This document shows, piece after piece, positions 15,185-23,404 of a stretch of 39,590 nt of DNA. The position numbers were made by a program, and so were the translations under genes. Source of the stretch: a virus. The notes under the pieces are model-generated. The model did not search any database. It worked only from the letters and a program-made list of their open reading frames with translations, and was not told where the DNA came from. The number at the start of each line of letters is the position of its first letter. The first letter of the stretch is position 1. The stretch is taken from the IMG/VR virus record IMGVR_UViG_3300045988_011202, positions 1 to 39,590 of that record; one strand, written 5' to 3'.

Positions 15185-16857
15185 ACGGCCCTTGCCCTCC
15201 TCGCGTTGATTTTGGCCAGTTCTTCATCCATGCATGGGGCAAGCAAACCGACAACCTGGCCACTGTCCATGATGACTTTCATATTTGCCAACATAGGCAA
15301 ATACTGTTCCAGCAGCATTACAATTTTTCCGGAATCGCCGCCCCAGCTTGTGCTTGCTGCTCCGTAAGAGCCACTTGTATAGTGCCTGCTGATGTTCGCA
15401 TCTGCGGTAATTGTGCCAGCGTCAAAGTCCATGCTGTTTTCAATGTCCTTTTTTACGGACTTGAATTGATCGTCAAAGCCTTCGCCTAAGCCTTCAGCCA
15501 TAAAGCCGCCAATACCGGCGAACACTTTAGACGGGGAGTGGATGCCCAAGAAATCCTTAACTCCACCTACAATTCCACCGAAAAAGTCTTTTACTTTTCC
15601 AGAAACCCACGAACCCATGCTTTTGATGCCGTTCCAAAGTCCTTCGACTATGTTCTTGCCGACATCGAAAATTGCATGGATGCCGCTGATAATCCCCTTC
15701 ACGATAGACGAAATGATTTGTGGAATTTTTGATACCAAATTCGGTATGGCACGAATCAGTCCATTAGCAAGTGCAGCAATCAGCCTGATTCCACCATCGA
15801 TCAGTTTCGGCAGGTTGTCAATCAGCTTATCGACTATGACATCAACCATTTCCAGCACACAGTCAATCAGCATATCGATGTTGTCAAGGATGCCGCTTAC
15901 AAGCGCAATGATTAAATCCATGCCAGCAGCAACAATGCTTGGCAGGTTTTCAAGCAAAATCTGGACTGCCATCGGAATGATTGTTTGGGACGCTTCTGTT
16001 ATGAGTTGCGTAAGCCCTTGGATGATGATATTTATGCGCGGAATGATATTTTCGCCAACGGTAACAAGACTATCAACGAACTGCTCTATAAGTGTTTTGA
16101 AATCGGCGTTATCGTCAGCAATGCCGGTAAGCAGGTTGCTCCATGCGGCCTTCATGGATGAAACAGAGCCTTGGATGGTGGTGCTTGCTTCATCTGCCGT
16201 TGTTCCGTATATGCCCATTTCAACTTGAACATCATGGATTGCGCTGACAATATCCGCATAGCTTTCAATGCTGTAATTTGTGTATTTACCTTGGGCAGCG
16301 TTTAGAGCGTTTGCATCGTCAATAAGGCGCTGCATTTCTTCTTTTGTTCCACCATAGCCAAGCTTCAGGTTATCAAGCATGGTATAGTTCTGCTTGGCAA
16401 ACCCCTGATAGGCGTTCTGGATAGATGCCATATCCGTGCCCATTTTATTTGCATTGTCAGACATATCCGTGATTGCAACATTAGCCATGTCTGCCGCCGC
16501 TTCTGTATCACCGCCAAGCGATTGCAGCAAGGACGCAGAAAAACTTGTAACTGTGTCCATATATTCGTTAGCGGATAGTCCTGCAGTCTTATATGCATTT
16601 GCTGCATATTCTTGAACTTTTGCAGAGCTATCCTTGAATAGCGTATCAACGCCACCGACCAGTTGTTCATACTCAGCATAGTTGTTAAGCGCTTTTTTTG
16701 TAAGCACGGCAATGCCGGTAGCAGCCGCACTTACAGCTGCGGCGCCGACTTTAGCCGCAGCGGCAAGCCCATTTTTGAATTTTCCTGATAATGTCTCTAC
16801 ATTTTCGCTTGCCTCGTCTTGCACAGATATTTTCACAAACAGATCAAGAAGATTCAT
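15181..16857 (-). CDS. tail tape measure protein
   Basis: 558 aa. It has the TP901-type core (ANKMGTDMASIQNAYQGFAKQNYTMLDNLKLGYGGTKEEM) and long hydrophobic helical repeats. Confidence 0.92.
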   Translation of the reverse strand: MNLLDLFVKISVQDEASENVETLSGKFKNGLAAAAKVGAAAVSAAATGIAVLTKKALNNYAEYEQLVGGVDTLFKDSSAKVQEYAANAYKTAGLSANEYMDTVTSFSASLLQSLGGDTEAAADMANVAITDMSDNANKMGTDMASIQNAYQGFAKQNYTMLDNLKLGYGGTKEEMQRLIDDANALNAAQGKYTNYSIESYADIVSAIHDVQVEMGIYGTTADEASTTIQGSVSSMKAAWSNLLTGIADDNADFKTLIEQFVDSLVTVGENIIPRINIIIQGLTQLITEASQTIIPMAVQILLENLPSIVAAGMDLIIALVSGILDNIDMLIDCVLEMVDVIVDKLIDNLPKLIDGGIRLIAALANGLIRAIPNLVSKIPQIISSIVKGIISGIHAIFDVGKNIVEGLWNGIKSMGSWVSGKVKDFFGGIVGGVKDFLGIHSPSKVFAGIGGFMAEGLGEGFDDQFKSVKKDIENSMDFDAGTITADANISRHYTSGSYGAASTSWGGDSGKIVMLLEQYLPMLANMKVIMDSGQVVGLLAPCMDEELAKINARRARAV

Positions 16858-16897
16858 GCGTTCACCTCGCTCTCTTTGTAAATTCTGAAAATTATTC

Positions 16898-16926
16898 GTG
16901 ACATTCCATTGATAGTATGGTATGAT
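16898..16926 (+). promoter_or_regulatory. sigma70-type promoter of the PH-domain moron
   Basis: GTGACA, 17 nt, TATGAT, with an upstream TGg (extended -10). Confidence 0.6.
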
Positions 16927-16947
16927 ATCGGCAAGGAGGGATTATTT

Positions 16948-17331
16948 ATGATAAGTTTTAACAAAGATTCTGCGTGGGACTTAAAGCCGATTCCTGTTTC
17001 CGATGTGCGTGGTGAAGTGAATGGCTTGTTGATTGACGGGGAAGAAATCGCTGCCGCATTTAAGACCGTACGCGACCAGCTGATTTTTACTAACAAACGA
17101 GTCATATCGGTTGATGTACAGGGGATTACAGGAAAGCGCAAGTCCTTCGGCTCTATGCCCTATTCGAAAGTGCAGTTTTTCTCCGTGCAAACCCCAGGCT
17201 TTGCCGAAATCATCCCGGATAGCGAACTTGTCCTGACATTCTCCAATGGTTATGTCGCAAAGTTCGAGTTTAAGGGAGGTACAGACATCGGGAAAATCGG
17301 AAGAATGATTTCTGATTATGTCCTCAAGTAA
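16948..17331 (+). CDS. bacterial PH-domain (YokE-like) protein, a reverse-oriented moron
   Basis: The start MISFNKDSAW follows AAGGAGGG. VNGLLIDGEEIAAAFKTVRDQLIFTNKRVISVDVQGITGKRKSFGSMPYSKVQFFSVQT is a bPH-like pattern. Confidence 0.75.
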   Translation: MISFNKDSAWDLKPIPVSDVRGEVNGLLIDGEEIAAAFKTVRDQLIFTNKRVISVDVQGITGKRKSFGSMPYSKVQFFSVQTPGFAEIIPDSELVLTFSNGYVAKFEFKGGTDIGKIGRMISDYVLK

Positions 17332-17343
17332 TGCATATTCGCC

Positions 17344-17371
17344 CGCCGCCCCTTCACGGGGCGGCTTTTTT
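17344..17371 (+). terminator. unidirectional rho-independent terminator of the moron
   Basis: GCCGCCCC-TTCAC-GGGGCGGC followed by TTTTTT. There is no U-run on the minus-sense side. Confidence 0.8.
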
Positions 17372-17600
17372 AACTTGTAACCCGCACCGATTGACAATAT
17401 CTCTGGTGATTTCTTCACAGGAGCGATTGTCTTTTTTGCTCACATCTATAATTTCAATATATCGCTTATCGATTGACACGCCCGCGCATCGCTCGCATAT
17501 TACTTTAAGCAGGTCAGCAGCATAAATTCGATATGCTTTTTCTTCTGCATCCTGCTTATACCGCGCTACACAGTATGACAGAAATGGCTTTACTCTTTGG
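17354..17600 (-). CDS. -1 frame extension of the tail assembly chaperone (gpT-like part of the G-T fusion)
   Basis: The open frame VKPFLSYCVARYKQDAEEKAYRIYAADLLKVICERCAGVSIDKRYIEIIDVSKKDNRSCEEITRDIVNRCGLQVKKAAP has no Met anywhere. It is reachable only by a -1 shift from the 17590..17994 ORF. Confidence 0.65.
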
Positions 17601-17994
17601 CTTCCCCGATATTCTCCTGCACAGAGCCGGACGGCGTTTCTGCCGTCTCGGTCTGCGCAGATGTAAAAAGGTCTGTAAAGGCCTCGTCCGTCATAAGCTC
17701 AGTAACATCAACCAACAACTTGGCAAGCGTCAGCCCGGCGGCATATTTTTTTGCAGGCACGCCTTCCACAGCCGCCAAAATTGCGATCAGATCTTTCTTG
17801 TGCCCACGCAAAAGCAGCGGAGCAGATTTCTTAACCCTTGCCAATACAAAGTCCTTTGCATTTACGCCATCCGGGAGCTTCTGACGCTGAAACAACGCTG
17901 CGGCTACTTTGTCCTCGGCTATGTTGGCAATAGGATCGATAATGTCTGCGATAACATCAAACACTCGCTCCCCCTTAATTTTTGACAGTTTCAT
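17590..17994 (-). CDS. tail assembly chaperone (gpG-like)
   Basis: Start MKLSKIKGERVFDVIADIIDPIANI. The C-terminus is acidic. The gene lies between the major tail protein and the tape measure gene. Confidence 0.8.
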   Translation of the reverse strand: MKLSKIKGERVFDVIADIIDPIANIAEDKVAAALFQRQKLPDGVNAKDFVLARVKKSAPLLLRGHKKDLIAILAAVEGVPAKKYAAGLTLAKLLVDVTELMTDEAFTDLFTSAQTETAETPSGSVQENIGEAKE

Positions 17995-17998
17995 GGTG

Positions 17999-18583
17999 TT
18001 ACGCCTCCGCCGTACCGGCCTTGATGTAAATTTCAAATGGCACAGTGTCCTGCGCGCTCATGGAGTAGTGGGCCGTATACTCAAACGCGAACTGCCCCTT
18101 CGCCTTGTCGCTGGTCTTCAGCTGGAAGCCGCCGGTAGACAGTGCGTTCATCAGGTGGATGGCGATGAAGCCGCCATTTTTATCGCCGTTCTTGTCGGAG
18201 TAGTCGCCCACCAGCCAGATGTCGGCAAAGTCAGCGTCCGACAGATCGTTCCGAGGCGTGACCTTCCCATCGCTGGTACCCACATCGGCAGCACCGCAAA
18301 GGCTCTTTGCGATCGCAGTGGACGCATTGACAAACGTGCCGGCCATTTTCACTTCCCACGATTCGAGCCGCTTCAGCTCTTTCATGTTTTTGGGGCAGTT
18401 GTCGATATCCTCGCCAAAGTCCGTATAGGTCGGAGTGGCGGTAAAATTGATCCCGCCGGTGGTTGCGCCGATCTGACCGGCTTCACCGATGGTACCGGTG
18501 GCGGGAGTAAAGTCAGTGGTCAAAATACCGGCGTTGATCTGGAGCTTTTGAAATGCATCGGAGGGAATTTTAGTGAATTTCAT
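17999..18583 (-). CDS. major tail protein
   Basis: 194 aa with a strong RBS. Position and beta-rich composition are typical of phi13/TP901-type major tail proteins. Confidence 0.85.
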   Translation of the reverse strand: MKFTKIPSDAFQKLQINAGILTTDFTPATGTIGEAGQIGATTGGINFTATPTYTDFGEDIDNCPKNMKELKRLESWEVKMAGTFVNASTAIAKSLCGAADVGTSDGKVTPRNDLSDADFADIWLVGDYSDKNGDKNGGFIAIHLMNALSTGGFQLKTSDKAKGQFAFEYTAHYSMSAQDTVPFEIYIKAGTAEA

Positions 18584-18598
18584 ATTTTCTTCCTTTCA

Positions 18599-18967
18599 TC
18601 AGTTTTGCGATAGGTATTCTACCGTGATGTTGAGATACCTTCGCTTGATGTTTTTATCGCTTTCGTCCGCGATGTTCTGACACCACGGGGAGCCACGCTT
18701 GATCCACATTGCTCCGCCGTCATAGGCGACCATACAGCCGCCCATGCCGATTGCGTCGCTGATTTCTTGTGCCTTTGCGTTGGGCATCGCTTCGCTCTCG
18801 GTGTAATACCAGAGGTTGACCGTCAGCGGGATTTCGCCGCTCTCCCATGATCCGGTGATAAGCTCATAGGTCAGCCACGGAAAGGTCGCGTCTTCCGGCA
18901 CATTCGAGGTCGGATACGAAGGGAGGAATTGGGAAAACCACGCATGGAGTGCCTTGTCTTTTGTCAT
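18599..18967 (-). CDS. tail terminator / tail completion protein (tentative)
   Basis: 122 aa, immediately upstream of the major tail gene. The assignment is by synteny. Confidence 0.6.
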   Translation of the reverse strand: MTKDKALHAWFSQFLPSYPTSNVPEDATFPWLTYELITGSWESGEIPLTVNLWYYTESEAMPNAKAQEISDAIGMGGCMVAYDGGAMWIKRGSPWCQNIADESDKNIKRRYLNITVEYLSQN

Positions 18968-19323
18968 TTCGGCAGCTCCTTTCGTTCGGCGGTGAAGAAT
19001 TTCAGTGCTCGGACGGTCGCCCCCGCAGACCTTGGCGCAGCTTTTTCCTCGGGATTCGAGGTCACACGATAGGTAATCCCCGTTTCCGTATCGCGGAAAT
19101 AATCGTTGTACTCGATGGGAACGCGCTGATTGACCAGTGCGGAATATACCGAGGTAACACCGTCCTTTTCCGCTTTTCGCGCCTCCATCGATGTGTCAAG
19201 AGACTGGTAATTGAGGAACTCCGCTCCCTCTTCCCACGCGGTGATGTAGCCGCCCGCTCCGTCAGGCGTGCGCTTTTTCTCCATCAAAATGCACTTGTGG
19301 GCAAAATCGTCCAGTAGACTCAC
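18964..19323 (-). CDS. head closure / head-tail joining protein (tentative)
   Basis: 119 aa, translationally coupled to its neighbours. The assignment is by synteny with the SPP1 gp16 position. Confidence 0.6.
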   Translation of the reverse strand: MSLLDDFAHKCILMEKKRTPDGAGGYITAWEEGAEFLNYQSLDTSMEARKAEKDGVTSVYSALVNQRVPIEYNDYFRDTETGITYRVTSNPEEKAAPRSAGATVRALKFFTAERKELPK

Positions 19324-19754
19324 GGTTCCACCCCCTTGAGCTTGCGCCAGTCATTTAACCGGCCTTTAAAAGTGCCCTGCCAGCCCGTCCCAGCGCTCGT
19401 GTCGGCATTTCCGCCGCTCGCCTTGGTGTAACTGTATCCACCGAAGCTTTCGCTCGTGTACGGGCTTAAAACGGCTTCACCGTTCTTTTCTTCCCATGCG
19501 GCGATATCTTCGGCAAGCACAAGCACAGCCTTTGGCACAGCCAACACCCACACCGTCCCGGTAAAGGTTTCATCCGTGAGGTCGGTCACCGGGTACTGGT
19601 GCAGGCCATCGTTAAATACGGATCCGCAGATACGGAAATATTGATTGGTCAGGAGAAAGGGCAGCGCAATGCTGCCGTTCTCCACGGTGAACGTGCCCTC
19701 GCGAATCTCCACAAGGAACCAGTTGTTCAAATGCCGCAAGACTTGTTCAAGCAT
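19320..19754 (-). CDS. head-tail connector/adaptor protein (tentative)
   Basis: 144 aa, the first gene after the capsid gene. The assignment is by synteny. Confidence 0.55.
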   Translation of the reverse strand: MLEQVLRHLNNWFLVEIREGTFTVENGSIALPFLLTNQYFRICGSVFNDGLHQYPVTDLTDETFTGTVWVLAVPKAVLVLAEDIAAWEEKNGEAVLSPYTSESFGGYSYTKASGGNADTSAGTGWQGTFKGRLNDWRKLKGVEP

Positions 19755-19770
19755 TACGCTGCCCTCCTAT

Positions 19771-20673
19771 TTAGCCCGCGCCGGCCACCGAAACGGTAGC
19801 CACGGCAATGCCGTCCAGATACTCAGCCCACAGCTTCATGCCCATGATGGCGTACATATCGCCCGTGGCGCGGCTGTAATCGCCGTCGACATGGACGCCG
19901 ATCAGGTTGGTCTCGCCCTTCACGGTGTAATTCAGCCCCAGCTTGGCAAAGTCGCTGTCGCTCGGGTCCACATAGTACAGGTCGATGTTTTCCACGGGCA
20001 AAGCGATCACCTTCTTGGAGGCGATGTACTTCTCGGGCAGCAGGAACAGGGTGCGGTAGCCCATGAAGTTCTCCACGTAGTTGATTCCGAACATCGTCTG
20101 CACGGTGATATCCTTGTCACCCAGGTAATCGTAAGCGTCGATGATGTTGGCAAAGCCCACCACCTCGGTCACGTCCTTGTCGAGACCGGCAAACTTGTCC
20201 AGCACTTTGCCCTTTGCCATCGCAAGAGCGCGCTGCCAAGTCTTTTCCGTTACCTTGAGCGTGCCGGTGCCGAGGAAGGTGTAGAAGTCAGTCAAAACCT
20301 TGTTCTGCAGGGCCACGAGGAACGCCTCGTCGGTCTTCTCCACGGCAACATCAGCGCCGTACTTCGCCACGCTCTCGATAGTCACGCTCTTGGCATACTT
20401 GGAAATGTCGATGTCGTCGTAGGCGACAGGCTCCACCTTCATTTTGGTGAAGGGGATCTCGTCACCCTCAGCCACGGTGCCACCCTTGAGACCGCCGTCC
20501 ACGCTGGCCTTGTAAGAAACCAGCTTCGTGCCGGGGGCCTTGCGGATGGGACGCATGATGCCCATGATGTTCCGCAGTGCGTCCCAGTTATCAGCGAAGC
20601 GGGACACGAAATCCACCTCACGGGCGGAAGTGGTAAACTGGGCAGAAGTTGTTACGTTAGTTTTCGCAGCCAT
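19771..20673 (-). CDS. major capsid protein (HK97 fold, SPP1 gp13-like)
   Basis: 300 aa following the scaffold gene. It has the typical N-terminus and an ESVAKYG...VEKTDEAF region. Confidence 0.9.
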   Translation of the reverse strand: MAAKTNVTTSAQFTTSAREVDFVSRFADNWDALRNIMGIMRPIRKAPGTKLVSYKASVDGGLKGGTVAEGDEIPFTKMKVEPVAYDDIDISKYAKSVTIESVAKYGADVAVEKTDEAFLVALQNKVLTDFYTFLGTGTLKVTEKTWQRALAMAKGKVLDKFAGLDKDVTEVVGFANIIDAYDYLGDKDITVQTMFGINYVENFMGYRTLFLLPEKYIASKKVIALPVENIDLYYVDPSDSDFAKLGLNYTVKGETNLIGVHVDGDYSRATGDMYAIMGMKLWAEYLDGIAVATVSVAGAG

Positions 20674-20693
20674 AAATAGCTCCTTTCAAAAAA

Positions 20694-21305
20694 TCAGTTG
20701 TTTTCGCTTGCCATCAGATCGGCAAGTGCTTTTTGGCGCTCCGCCGTAGACATCACATAGCGGCCCTTATCGTCCTTCTTGTAGATGTCCTCTCGGGATT
20801 TTGCGCCGCCGGTGTTTGCCGGGGGGTTGGCGGGATTCGCCCCGTGCGTCTGCGTGGTGGAGACAAGCCCCTTGTAGGTGCCGTCTACGAGCGCATCAAG
20901 GCTCTTGGTGTCCTTGATCTTGTCGCCGTCCATCTCCAATGCGGCCATTTCTTCGACACAGCCGCGCATCGCAAGGTCCAAATTCGCGCCGGTGATGTTT
21001 TTGCTCTCAAAGTAAGCACGCACGGCCTTTTCCTTTGCCGCCTTGCTTTCCTTTGCCGTGATGTCGGTCTTAAAGGCTTCAAAGGCCGAGTGTTCCTTCT
21101 CGTACTTCTCCTTGTAACCGCCGTCACCCGCTGCCTTGAGGTCGTCCAACTGCTTCTGAACGCCGGGCAGCTTCTCCGCATCGGCCTTGTAGCGGGTCAC
21201 ATCCGCCTTTAGGCCGTCCACGGTGTCGGTATGCGCCTCGATGATGGTATCAACCTGCTCATCGGTAAGCCCCATACCCTTCAAAAGTTTTCGTGTAAGT
21301 GCCAT
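20694..21305 (-). CDS. capsid scaffolding protein
   Basis: 203 aa. It is a K/E/D-rich helical protein (LTDEQVDTIIEAHTDTVDGLKADVTRYKADAEKL) directly upstream of the capsid gene. Confidence 0.85.
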   Translation of the reverse strand: MALTRKLLKGMGLTDEQVDTIIEAHTDTVDGLKADVTRYKADAEKLPGVQKQLDDLKAAGDGGYKEKYEKEHSAFEAFKTDITAKESKAAKEKAVRAYFESKNITGANLDLAMRGCVEEMAALEMDGDKIKDTKSLDALVDGTYKGLVSTTQTHGANPANPPANTGGAKSREDIYKKDDKGRYVMSTAERQKALADLMASENN

Positions 21306-21355
21306 GACACTATCTCCTTTTCTTCGGTTCCGTTCCTTCGGAAACGATAGTCTTA

Positions 21356-21378
21356 TAAAAACCGCTGTCCTTTGCGGT
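21356..21378 (-). terminator. weak terminator/attenuator-like hairpin between the gp10-like and scaffold genes
   Basis: Minus-sense ACCGC-AAAGGACA-GCGGU followed by UUUUUAUAAG, within a 120-nt gap. Confidence 0.3.
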
Positions 21379-21425
21379 AATTAACAAAAAGAGCCAACTG
21401 CATACAATTTGTAAGCAATTAGCTC

Positions 21426-21824
21426 CTATTTCAGTTCGTCCTCCAATATCTTCCGGTATTGGATGGCATGGTCGGCGGCAGCAGGTTTCAAAAACGGCTG
21501 TGCCTTGTTGCCACGCGTGTAATGCCAATTTCCCTTTGCGTCCTGATACACCCACGGTGTAGGCCGTCCGCCGCCACCTTCGGCGTAAATGCCGGTTCCT
21601 AATTCCACATACGCACCGTACTCAGAATCCGTTCCGATGATTGCCGCCGGTTCCTGCTCGTCTACCACATGAGTAATGCTGTTGCGCAGATTGCCGGTGT
21701 CAACGGGGCACAGCTTTTTTGCATATCCCTCTGCCACCAGTCCGCACTTTTCAAGCCCGCGCAGCAGCGCCGCCTTAATTTCGGCAGAAATCTCTTTGCT
21801 GTTGTCTTGGATTTTAACGCTCAT
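21426..21824 (-). CDS. HK97 gp10-family phage protein
   Basis: Start MSVKIQDNSKEIS. AEGYAKKLCPVDTGNLRNSITH and the later YGAYVELGTG are the HK97-gp10-like signature. Confidence 0.8.
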   Translation of the reverse strand: MSVKIQDNSKEISAEIKAALLRGLEKCGLVAEGYAKKLCPVDTGNLRNSITHVVDEQEPAAIIGTDSEYGAYVELGTGIYAEGGGGRPTPWVYQDAKGNWHYTRGNKAQPFLKPAAADHAIQYRKILEDELK

Positions 21825-21934
21825 TTTCAAATCCCTCTTGACTATTTTACGGAAATTGCATATACTATCTATGAGGAAACTCATGTTTCCGTTTTATCGA
21901 GGTAATCCTCCGCCCGTTCTGGTGGGGGGTTGCC

Positions 21935-23404
21935 TCATTTTTTATATCGCCGCACAAAGAGGACAGCCCCGTTATGCAGCGCAATTATATCTGCATTAAA
22001 CGATTTGCTTCTTGTTGCTCTCGCATCCAATACATCAATTAGTTTTTTCTTATCAATCCCATCGGCAACATCAAAAATCACCCCTCCTTGATTCCCGTGT
22101 ATCTGCTTTATCGCTTTGCGCAGAGCGCTATCTGCGGCTTTTTCTGTGGAAATCGACTTTATTTCCCATTGCTTCCCTTTCCACAGCATGTCTGGCATTT
22201 GCATACCTGGCGTCTGCGATTCTTTCAGTAGCACAATTTTCCCGCCGAACAGCTCTCTAATTTGATTTGCTACATTTATTTCTTCTTTGTGGGTTTTGGA
22301 GCGGTATCCGTTCTCGTATCGCACCTTACCCATGCGGGGCTTGGCAGAATCTATGTATTTCTTCGTAACATCCTTTGCAGATTTTTCGCTCCCCATGTGA
22401 TATGGGGATAACTGTTTGCCGCTGTATCCCTGCTTCGATGCTTCCCACTGAGCATATGTCATGTCAGATATAAGCCCGTCGCGTGTCCTACGCAGCCCGT
22501 CTGATGTATCTACCCCATCCACGGCGGCAATCAGCGTACAGCGGCAGTTATATATCTCCCACGGTGGTCCTTGTGGGTCGCCGGGAAAACGACAACCGTT
22601 AGAAAACTTCTTGTCCTGCGCCACTTGTTCGCCGTCAAGCATGGCATGAGAGTGGCGTGTACGCGCGTCCAGCGTAGCCAACCATTCTTTTTTGAGCTTA
22701 ATGCCCATCTTTTCCGCTGCCGCATAGCTGTCCATGCGTCCGGCGTTCTGCGCGCCGGTCACGGCTGTGCGGGCGGTGCGGATGGCGGAATCGCGACTCA
22801 TGGTGGTAATGCGCTTTTGCAGATCATCCGCCATGTGCTTGATGCTCTTTCCCTGCAAGATGGAGCTGGTGACGCTTGCCGTAATTTGCTTCTTGCCGTA
22901 TGCGAGATCAATCCCGCGTTTCAGTGCTCTATCCTTTGGATAGTACGGCATCAGCCCCGGCTGCTCTACGATTAGGCGTTTCACCGTCTGCTCGTCCCAC
23001 AAGTCAAATCCGACGTTGCCCGCAACCTGTTCGATGGTGTACGCCGCATAGTTGCGGTTAAGGGAGTAGATACCGGGCGTTGCGTCATTGGTGTAAGACA
23101 CCGCCACGGCGTTTGCATCGGTAACACGGTGTGCCACCTTGTCCCGCATAGCCTGATAGCGTTTCCCACGCCCGATCTGGTTGAACCGCCATTGCTTATA
23201 GTCGGCCTCCGTCCATTCCTTTCCGTTCTGCACGGTGCCGATCAGCGCCTTCATTTCCTCGTCGCGCTTTTTGAATTGCTCAAAATATGCGTCGATGGTA
23301 GCTCGCAGTTCTTCCCCCGCCTCGCGGTATAGCGTTGCAATACGCCGCTCCAGCTTCGCAAGCTCCTTATCGGTCAGCTTGTGTCCGAGGTCACTGTTCG
23401 CCAT
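21935..23404 (-). CDS. head morphogenesis protein (MuF / SPP1 gp7 family) with an extra C-terminal PD-(D/E)xK nuclease-toxin-like domain
   Basis: The N-terminal ~320 aa carry the Phage_Mu_F signature (TRHSHAMLDGEQV...PPWEIYNCRCTL). The C-terminal ~160 aa contain PDMLWKGKQWEIKSI (PD...ExK). Confidence 0.88.
   Translation of the reverse strand: MANSDLGHKLTDKELAKLERRIATLYREAGEELRATIDAYFEQFKKRDEEMKALIGTVQNGKEWTEADYKQWRFNQIGRGKRYQAMRDKVAHRVTDANAVAVSYTNDATPGIYSLNRNYAAYTIEQVAGNVGFDLWDEQTVKRLIVEQPGLMPYYPKDRALKRGIDLAYGKKQITASVTSSILQGKSIKHMADDLQKRITTMSRDSAIRTARTAVTGAQNAGRMDSYAAAEKMGIKLKKEWLATLDARTRHSHAMLDGEQVAQDKKFSNGCRFPGDPQGPPWEIYNCRCTLIAAVDGVDTSDGLRRTRDGLISDMTYAQWEASKQGYSGKQLSPYHMGSEKSAKDVTKKYIDSAKPRMGKVRYENGYRSKTHKEEINVANQIRELFGGKIVLLKESQTPGMQMPDMLWKGKQWEIKSISTEKAADSALRKAIKQIHGNQGGVIFDVADGIDKKKLIDVLDARATRSKSFNADIIALHNGAVLFVRRYKK

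Noticed and set aside
16981-17418. 145-aa minus-strand ORF overlapping the PH-domain gene
   Set aside because: It is antisense to a gene that has its own promoter, RBS, terminator and a recognisable domain. The true minus-strand coding here is the Met-less -1 chaperone frame, which ends at 17354.
19645-20679. 344-aa + strand ORF opposite the major capsid gene. Similar long antisense ORFs occur at 37846..38772, 35679..36413, 24691..25347, 15542..16228 and 17909..18613.
   Set aside because: All lie antisense to confidently identified genes (capsid, Erf/NinB-like, C5-methyltransferase, TerL, TMP, major tail). They have biased H/R/A/V composition and no translation signals.
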